A program made the translations under genes and the position numbers. From contig OZ059900.1 of the NCBI GenBank assembly GCA_964057225.1, positions 20,646,001 through 20,710,000 on the forward strand: a stretch of 64,000 bases of DNA, given 5' to 3'. The number at the start of each line of letters is the position of its first letter. The first letter of the stretch is position 1. This DNA is from Auanema rhodensis. Lineage: Eukaryota; Animalia; Nematoda. The notes under the pieces were generated by a model. That model ran no database searches, was not told the origin of the DNA, and saw only the letters and a program-made list of their open reading frames with translations. Positions 54,701-64,000 of this stretch are shown here, one piece after another.

Positions 54701-56376
54701 CCCCTTATGGCTAATATTGATTAAATCGATTTTTGTTCATATGAGTCGTCAAATGCAACGAATTTCAGCGTGTTACATACTAAAATGAAGCATTTTACAT
54801 GCTGAACACTGGAAAAATACAAAAACACAGTATTTCCCATGAGAAATATTTTATTATGCTGGAAAACCAGTTTTTGGAAATTTCGCTGTAAACAAGGTTT
54901 TGACTTACGATTTCATGTGTTCAAACTCATGCAATGTCAACGAAACCTAGCTCAAAATTGTTCGTACAACGTCTAGTTCCACTTTCACGACAAAAAAACA
55001 GGGGTTAGAAAATTAAGGAAATTAGCATATTCTGAGGGCACGCCCCTTATGGCTAATATTGATTAAATCGATTTTTGTTCATATGAGTCGTCAAATGCAA
55101 CGAATTTCAGCGTGTTACATACTAAAATGAAGCATTTTACATGCTGAACACTGGAAAAATACAAAAACACAGTATTTCCCATGAGAAATATTTTATTATG
55201 CTGGAAAACCAGTTTTTGGAAATTTCGCTGTAAACAAGGTTTTGACTTACGATTTCATGTGTTCAAACTCATGCAATGTCAACGAAACCTAGCTCAAAAT
55301 TGTTCGTACAACGTCTAGTTCTACTTTCACGACAAAAAAACAGGGGTTAGAAAATTAAGGAAATTAGCATATTCTGAGGGCACGCCCCTTAAGGCTAATA
55401 TTGATTAAATCGATTTTTGTTCATATGAGTCGTCAAATGCAACGAATTTCAGCGTGTTACATACTAAAATGAAGCATTTTACATGCTGAACACTAGAAAA
55501 ATACAAAAACACAGTATTTCCCATGAGAAATATTTTATTATGCTGGAAAACCAGTTTTTGGAAATTTCGCTGTAAACAAGGTTTTGACTTACGATTTCAT
55601 GTGTTCAAACTCATGCAATGTCAATGAAACCTAGCTTAAAATTGTTCGTACAACGTCTAGTTCCACTTTCACGACAAAAAAACAGGGGTTAGAAAATTAA
55701 GGAAATTAGCATATTCTGAGGGCACGCCCCTTATGGCTAATATTGATTAAATCGACTTTTGTTCATATGAGTCGTCAAATGCAACGAATTTCAGCGTGTT
55801 ACATACTAAAATGAAGCATTTTACATGCTGAACACTGAAAAAATACAAAAACACAGTATTTCCCATGAGAAATATTTTATTATGCTGGAAAACCAGTTTT
55901 TGGAAATTTCGCTGTAAACAAGGTTTTGACTTACGATTTCATGTGTTCAAACTCATGCAATGTCAACGAAACCTAGCTCAAAATTGTTCGTACAACGTCT
56001 AGTTCCACTTTCACGACAAAAAAACAGGGGTTAGAAAATTAAGGAAATTAGCATATTCTGAGGGCACGCCCCTTATGGCTAATATTGATTAAATCGATTT
56101 TTGTTCATATGAGTCGTCAAATGCAACGAATTTCAGCGTGTTACATACTAAAATGAAGCATTTTACATGCTGAACACTAGAAAAATACAAAAACACAGTA
56201 TTTCCCACGAGAAATATTTTATTATGCTGGAAAACCAGTTTTTGGAAATTTCGCTGTAAACAAGGTTTTGACTTACGATTTCATGTGTTCAAACTCATGC
56301 AATGTCAATGAAACCTAGCTCAAAATTGTTCGTACAACGTCTAGTTCCACTTTCACGACAAAAAAACAGGGGTTAG
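33678..56376 (-). repeat. 342-bp tandem satellite, domain B (inverted orientation), ~66 monomers, ~22.7 kb
   Basis: The sequence is the reverse complement of the same monomer (e.g. GGCTAATATTGATTAAATCGATTTTTGTTCATATGAG) with a 342/343-bp period. Confidence 0.99.
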
Positions 56377-56440
56377 GGGCGTGCCCTCAGAATATGCTAA
56401 TTTCCTTAATTTTCTAACCCCTGTTTTTTTGTCGTGAAAG
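56350..56440. other. Inversion junction J2 (- to +): 2-bp microhomology AG, apparent 37-nt fold-back loop
   Basis: Reads ...ACAGGGGTT-AG-GGGCGTGCCCTC... AG (56375-56376) is shared. The arms ...CAGGGGTTAG and CTAACCCCTG (from 56414) flank spacer 56377-56413. Confidence 0.95.
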
Positions 56441-57782
56441 TGGAACTAGACGTTGTACGAACAATTTTGAGCTAGGTTTCGTTGACATTGCATGAGTTTG
56501 AACACATGAAATCGTAAGTCAAAACCTTGTTTACAGCGAAATTTCCAAAAACTGGTTTTCCAGCATAATAAAATATTTCTCATGGGAAATACTGTGTTTT
56601 TGTATTTTTTCAGTGTTCAGCATGTAAAATGCTTCATTTTAGTATGTAACACGCTGAAATTCGTTGCATTTGACGACTCATATGAACAAAAGTCGATTTA
56701 ATCAATATTAGCCATAAGGGGCGTGCCCTCAGAATATGCTAATTTCCTTAATTTTCTAACCCCTGTTTTTTTGTCGTGAAAGTGGAACTAGACGTTGTAC
56801 GAACAATTTTAAGCTAGGTTTCATTGACATTGCATGAGTTTGAACACATGAAATCGTAAGTCAAAACCTTGTTTACAGCGAAATTTCCAAAAACTGGTTT
56901 TCCAGCATAATAAAATATTTCTCATGGGAAATACTGTGTTTTTGTATTTTTCTAGTGTTCAGCATGTAAAATGCTTCATTTTAGTATGTAACACGCTGAA
57001 ATTCGTTGCATTTGACGACTCATATGAACAAAAATCGATTTAATCAATATTAGCCTTAAGGGGCGTGCCCTCAGAATATGCTAATTTCCTTAATTTTCTA
57101 ACCCCTGTTTTTTTGTCGTGAAAGTGGAACTAGACGTTGTACGAACAATTTTAAGCTAGGTTTCATTGACATTGCATGAGTTTGAACACATGAAATCGTA
57201 AGTCAAAACCTTGTTTACAGCGAAATTTCCAAAAACTGGTTTTCCAGCATAATAAAATATTTCTCATGGGAAATACTGTGTTTTTGTATTTTTCTAGTGT
57301 TCAGCATGTAAAATGCTTCATTTTAGTATGTAACACGCTGAAATTCGTTGCATTTGACGACTCATATGAACAAAAATCGATTTAATCAATATTAGCCTTA
57401 AGGGGCGTGCCCTCAGAATATGCTAATTTCCTTAATTTTCTAACCCCTGTTTTTTTGTCGTGAAAGTGGAACTAGACGTTGTACGAACAATTTTGAGCTA
57501 GGTTTCATTGACATTGCATGAGTTTGAACACATGAAATCGTAAGTCAAAACCTTGTTTACAGCGAAATTTCCAAAAACTGGTTTTCCAGCATAATAAAAT
57601 ATTTCTCATGGGAAATACTGTGTTTTTGTATTTTTCTAGTGTTCAGCATGTAAAATGCTTCATTTTAGTATGTAACAAGCTGAAATTCGCTGCATTTGAC
57701 GACTCATATGAACAAAAATCGATTTAATCAATATTAGCCATAAGGGGCGTGCCCTCAGAATATGCTAATTTCCTTAATTTTC

Positions 57783-57814
57783 TAACCCCTGTTTTTTTTA
57801 ACCCCTGTTTTTTT
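57783..57814 (+). repeat. 16-bp tandem duplication (TAACCCCTGTTTTTTT)x2 inside a monomer
   Basis: TC-TAACCCCTGTTTTTTT-TAACCCCTGTTTTTTT-GTCG, against a single copy in the consensus. Confidence 0.95.
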
Positions 57815-60534
57815 GTCGTGAAAGTGGAACTAGACGTTGTACGAACAATTTTGAACTAGGTTTCATTAACATTGCATGAGTTTGAACACATGAAATCGTA
57901 AGTCAAAACCTTGTTTACAGCGAAATTTCCAAAAACTGGTTTTCCAGCATAATAAAATATTTCTCATGGGAAATACTGTGTTTTTGTATTTTTCTAGTGT
58001 TCAGCATGTAAAATGCTTCATTTTAGTATGTAACACGCTGAAATTCGTTGCATTTGACGACTCATATGAACAAAAATCGATTTAATCAATATTAGCCATA
58101 AGGGGCGTGCCCTCAGAATATGCTAATTTCCTTAATTTTCTAACCCCTGTTTTTTTGTCGTGAAAGTGGAACTAGACGTTGTACGAACAATTTTGAGCTA
58201 GGTTTCATTGACATTGCATGAGTTTGAACACATGAAATCGTAAGTCAAAACCTTGTTTACAGCGAAATTTCCAAAAACTGGTTTTCCAGCATAATAAAAT
58301 ATTTCTCGTGGGAAATACTGTGTTTTTGTATTTTTCTAGTGTTCAGCATGTAAAATGCTTCATTTTAGTATGTAACACGCTGAAATTCGTTGCATTTGAC
58401 GACTCATATGAACAAAAATCGATTTAATCAATATTAGCCATAAGGGGCGTGCCCTCAGAATATGCTAATTTCCTTAATTTTCTAACCCCTGTTTTTTTGT
58501 CGTGAAAGTGGAACTAGACGTTGTACGAACAATTTTGAGCTAGGTTTCATTGACATTGCATGAGTTTGAACACATGAAATCGTAAGTCAAAACCTTGTTC
58601 ACAGCGAAATTTCCTAAAACTGGTTTTCCAGCATAATAAAATATTTCTCGTGGGAAATACTGTGTTTTTGTATTTTTCTAGTGTTCAGCATGTAAAATGC
58701 TTCATTTTAGTATGTAACACGCTGAAATTCGTTGCATTTGACGACTCATATGAACAAAAATCGATTTAATCAATATTAGCCATAAGGGGCGTGCCCTCAG
58801 AATATGCTAATTTCCTTAATTTTCTAACCCCTGTTTTTTTGTCGTGAAAGTGGAACTAGACGTTGTACGAACAATTTTGAACTAGGTTTCATTGACATTG
58901 CATGAGTTTGAACACATGAAATCGTAAGTCAAAACCTTGTTTACAGCGAAATTTCCTAAAACTGGTTTTCCAGCATAATAAAATATTTCTAATGGGAAAT
59001 ACTGTGTTTTTGTATTTTTCTAGTGTTCAGCATGTAAAATGCTTCATTTTAGTATGTAACACGCTGAAATTCGTTGCATTTGACGACTCATATGAACAAA
59101 AATCGATTTAATCAATATTAGCCATAAGGGGCGTGCCCTCAGAATATGCTAATTTCCTTAATTTTCTAACCCCTGTTTTTTTGTCGTGAAAGTGGAACTG
59201 GACGTTGTACGAACAATTTTGAGCTAGGTTTCATTGACATTGCATGAGTTTGAACACATGAAATCGTAAGTCAAAACCTTGTTTACAGCGAAATTTCCAA
59301 AAACTGGTTTTCCAGCATAATAAAATATTTCTCGTGGGAAATACTGTGTTTTTGTATTTTTCTAGTGTTCAGCATGTAAAATGCTTCATTTTAGTATGTA
59401 ACACGCTGAAATTCGTTGCATTTGACGACTCATATGAACAAAAATCGATTTAATCAATATTAGCCATAAGGGGCGTGCCCTCAGAATATGCTAATTTCCT
59501 TAATTTTCTAACCCCTGTTTTTTTGTCGTGAAAGTGGAACTAGACGTTGTACGAACAATTTTGAACTAGGTTTCATTGACATTGCATGAGTTTGAACACA
59601 TGAAATCGTAAGTCAAAACCTTGTTCACAGCGAAATTTCCTAAAACTGGTTTTCCAGCATAATAAAATATTTCTCGTGGGAAATACTGTGTTTTTGTATT
59701 TTTCTAGTGTTCAGCATGTAAAATGCTTCATTTTAGTATGTAACACGCTGAAATTCGTTGCATTTGACGACTCATATGAACAAAAATCGATTTAATCAAT
59801 ATTAGCCATAAGGGGCGTGCCCTCAGAATATGCTAATTTCCTTAATTTTCTAACCCCTGTTTTTTTGTCGTGAAAGTGGAACTAGACGTTGTACGAACAA
59901 TTTTGAACTAGGTTTCATTGACATTGCATGAGTTTGAACACATGAAATCGTAAGTCAAAACCTTGTTTACAGCGAAATTTCCTAAAACTGGTTTTCCAGC
60001 ATAATAAAATATTTCTCATGGGAAATACTGTGTTTTTGTATTTTTCTAGTGTTCAGCATGTAAAATGCTTCATTTTAGTATGTAACACGCTGAAATTCGT
60101 TGCATTTGACGACTCATATGAACAAAAATCGATTTAATCAATATTAGCCATAAGGGGCGTGCCCTCAGAATATGCTAATTTCCTTAATTTTCTAACCCCT
60201 GTTTTTTTGTCGTGAAAGTGGAACTAGACGTTGTACGAACAATTTTGAGCTAGGTTTCGTTGACATTGCATGAGTTTGAACACATGAAATCGTAAGTCAA
60301 AACCTTGTTTACAGCGAAATTTCCAAAAACTGGTTTTCCAGCATAATAAAATATTTCTCATGGGAAATACTGTGTTTTTGTATTTTTCTAGTGTTCAGCA
60401 TGTAAAATGCTTCATTTTAGTATGTAACAAGCTGAAATTCGCTGCATTTGACGACTCATATGAACAAAAATCGATTTAATCAATATTAGCCATAAGGGGC
60501 GTGCCCTCAGAATATGCTAATTTCCTTAATTTTC

Positions 60535-60566
60535 TAACCCCTGTTTTTTTTAACCCCTGTTTTTTT
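60535..60566 (+). repeat. Second copy of the 16-bp tandem duplication
   Basis: Identical duplication 2752 bp (8x342+16) downstream of the first. Confidence 0.95.
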
Positions 60567-63500
60567 GTCGTGAAAGTGGAACTAGACGTTGTACGAACAA
60601 TTTTGAACTAGGTTTCATTGACATTGCATGAGTTTGAACACATGAAATCGTAAGTCAAAACCTTGTTTACAGCGAAATTTCCAAAAACTGGTTTTCCAGC
60701 ATAATAAAATATTTCTCGTGGGAAATACTGTGTTTTTGTATTTTTCTAGTGTTCAGCATGTAAAATGCTTCATTTTAGTATGTAACACGCTGAAATTCGT
60801 TGCATTTGACGACTCATATGAACAAAAATCGATTTAATCAATATTAGCCATAAGGGGCGTGCCCTCAGAATATGCTAATTTCCTTAATTTTCTAACCCCT
60901 GTTTTTTTGTCGTGAAAGTGGAACTAGACGTTGTACGAACAATTTTGAGCTAGGTTTCATTGACATTGCATGAGTTTGAACACATGAAATCGTAAGTCAA
61001 AACCTTGTTCACAGCGAAATTTCCTAAAACTGGTTTTCCAGCATAATAAAATATTTCTCGTGGGAAATACTGTGTTTTTGTATTTTTCTAGTGTTCAGCA
61101 TGTAAAATGCTTCATTTTAGTATGTAACACGCTGAAATTCGTTGCATTTGACGACTCATATGAACAAAAATCGATTTAATCAATATTAGCCATAAGGGGC
61201 GTGCCCTCAGAATATGCTAATTTCCTTAATTTTCTAACCCCTGTTTTTTTGTCGTGAAAGTGGAACTAGACGTTGTACGAACAATTTTGAACTAGGTTTC
61301 ATTGACATTGCATGAGTTTGAACACATGAAATCGTAAGTCAAAACCTTGTTTACAGCGAAATTTCCTAAAACTGGTTTTCCAGCATAATAAAATATTTCT
61401 AAAGGGAAATACTGTGTTTTTGTATTTTTCTAGTGTTCAGCATGTAAAATGCTTCATTTTAGTATGTAACACGCTGAAATTCGTTGCATTTGACGACTCA
61501 TATGAACAAAAATCGATTTAATCAATATTAGCCATAAGGGGCGTGCCCTCAGAATATGCTAATTTCCTTAATTTTCTAACCCCTGTTTTTTTGTCGTGAA
61601 AGTGGAACTAGACGTTGTACGAACAATTTTGAGCTAGGTTTCATTGACATTGCATGAGTTTGAACACATGAAATCGTAAGTCAAAACCTTGTTTACAGCG
61701 AAATTTCCAAAAACTGGTTTTCCAGCATAATAAAATATTTCTCGTGGGAAATACTGTGTTTTTGTATTTTTCTAGTGTTCAGCATGTAAAATGCTTCATT
61801 TTAGTATGTAACACGCTGAAATTCGTTGCATTTGACGACTCATATGAACAAAAATCGATTTAATCAATATTAGCCATAAGGGGCGTGCCCTCAGAATATG
61901 CTAATTTCCTTAATTTTCTAACCCCTGTTTTTTTGTCGTGATAGTGGAACTAGACGTTGTACGAACAATTTTGAACTAGGTTTCATTGACATTGCATGAG
62001 TTTGAACACATGAAATCGTAAGTCAAAACCTTGTTCACAGCGAAATTTCCTAAAACTGGTTTTCCAGCATAATAAAATATTTCTCGTGGGAAATACTGTG
62101 TTTTTGTATTTTTCTAGTGTTCAGCATGTAAAATGCTTCATTTTAGTATGTAACACGCTGAAATTCGTTGCATTTGACGACTCATATGAACAAAAATCGA
62201 TTTAATCAATATTAGCCATAAGGGGCGTGCCCTCAGAATATGCTAATTTCCTTAATTTTCTAACCCCTGTTTTTTTGTCGTGAAAGTGGAACTAGACGTT
62301 GTACGAACAATTTTGAACTAGGTTTCATTGACATTGCATGAGTTTGAACACATGAAATCGTAAGTCAAAACCTTGTTTACAGCGAAATTTCCTAAAACTG
62401 GTTTTCCAGCATAATAAAATATTTCTCGTGGGAAATACTGTGTTTTTGTATTTTTCTAGTGTTCAGCATGTAAAATGCTTCATTTTAGTATGTAACACGC
62501 TGAAATTCGTTGCATTTGACGACTCATATGAACAAAAATCGATTTAATCAATATTAGCCATAAGGGGCGTGCCCTCAGAATATGCTAATTTCCTTAATTT
62601 TCTAACCCCTGTTTTTTTGTCGTGAAAGTGGAACTAGACGTTGTACGAACAATTTTGAACTAGGTTTCATTGACATTGCATGAGTTTGAACACATGAAAT
62701 CGTAAGTCAAAACCTTGTTCACAGCGAAATTTCCAAAAACTGGTTTTCCAGCATAATAAAATATTTCTAATGGGAAATACTGTGTTTTTGTTTTTTTCTA
62801 GTGTTCAGCATGTAAAATGCTTCATTTTAGTATGTAACACGCTGAAATTCGTTGCATTTGACGACTCATATGAACAAAAATCGATTTAATCAATATTAGC
62901 CATAAGGGGCGTGCCCTCAGAATATGCTAATTTCCTTAATTTTCTAACCCCTGTTTTTTTGTCGTGAAAGTGGAACTAGACGTTGTACGAACAATTTTGA
63001 ACTAGGTTTCATTGACATTGCATGAGTTTGAACACATGAAATCGTAAGTCAAAACCTTGTTTACAGCGAAATTTCCAAAAACTGGTTTTCCAGCATAATA
63101 AAATATTTCTCATGGGAAATACTGTGTTTTTGTATTTTTCTAGTGTTCAGCATGTAAAATGCTTCATTTTAGTATGTAACACGCTGAAATTCGTTGCATT
63201 TGACGACTCATATGAACAAAAATCGATTTAATCAATATTAGCCATAAGGGGCGTGCCCTCAGAATATGCTAATTTCCTTAATTTTCTAACCCCTGTTTTT
63301 TTGTCGTGAAAGTGGAACTAGACGTTGTACGAACAATTTTGAGCTAAGTTTCATTGACATTGCATGAGTTTGAACACATGAAATCGTAAGTCAAAACCTT
63401 GTTTACAGCGAAATTTCCAAAAACTGGTTTTCCTGCATAATAAAATATTTCTCGTGGGAAATACTGTGTTTTTGTATTTTTCTAGTGTTCAGCATGTAAA

Positions 63501-64000
63501 ATGCTTCATTTTAGTATGTAACACGCTGGAATTCGTTGCATTTGACGACTCATATGAACAAAAATCGATTTAATCAATATTAGCCATAAGGGGCGTGCCC
63601 TCAGAATATGCTAATTTCCTTAATTTTCTAACCCCTGTTTTTTTGTCGTGAAAGTGGAACTAGACGTTGTACGAACAATTTTGAACTAGGTTTCATTGAC
63701 ATTGCATGAGTTTGAACACATGAAATCGTAAGTCAAAACCTTGTTTACAGCGAAATTTCCAAAAACTGGTTTTCCAGCATAATAAAATATTTCTCATGGG
63801 AAATACTGTGTTTTTGTATTTTTCTAGTGTTCAGCATGTAAAATGCTTCATTTTAGTATGTAACACGCTGAAATTCGTTGCATTTGACGACTCATATGAA
63901 CAAAAATCGATTTAATCAATATTAGCCATAAGGGGCGTGCCCTCAGAATATGCTAATTTCCTTAATTTTCTAACCCCTGTTTTTTTGTCGTGAAAGTGGA

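Larger units (their letters stand above)
56375..64000 (+). repeat. 342-bp tandem satellite, domain C (direct orientation), ~22 monomers, open at window end
   Basis: The forward monomer resumes at AGGGGCGTGCCCTCAG (56375). Two monomers are 358 bp because of a 16-bp internal duplication. Confidence 0.99.

Noticed and set aside
56369-56379. Telomere-like GGGTTAGGG / TTAGG created at J2 (telomerase healing)
   Set aside because: There is only a single unit, and it is fully explained by joining the two satellite orientations with no added bases.
33661-56440. Inverted block as a fold-back sequencing or assembly artefact
   Set aside because: Considered unlikely because the arms differ by private SNPs and block duplications and are not exact mirrors at either junction. 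It cannot be formally excluded without raw reads.
1-64000. CRISPR array or other repeat-spacer system
   Set aside because: The units are 342 bp and repeat end to end with no unique spacers, leader or cas genes.

Overview
The whole 64-kb window is one highly homogeneous, AT-rich (~34% GC by hand count of the consensus) tandem satellite array of about 187 copies of a 342-bp monomer. It contains no genes, RNA genes, transposons or unique sequence, and all six reading frames are closed within every monomer. This looks like eukaryotic (peri)centromeric or heterochromatic satellite; I cannot identify the species. The main structure is two orientation switches that give a direct-inverted-direct layout: + strand 1-33681, - strand 33678-56376, + strand 56375-64000. 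Both junctions are clean fold-back-type joins with 4-bp and 2-bp microhomology at short inverted repeats built into the monomer, leaving apparent loops of 23 and 37 nt. Diagnostic SNPs show that the inverted block is a mirror copy of the first ~27-31 kb, and that the third block restarts with the same variants as monomers 2-4. This is an inverted-triplication-like rearrangement within the satellite. The arms are not exact mirrors: each has its own later block duplications (2- to 15-mers), which argues for a real, aged event rather than a read-level fold-back artefact.
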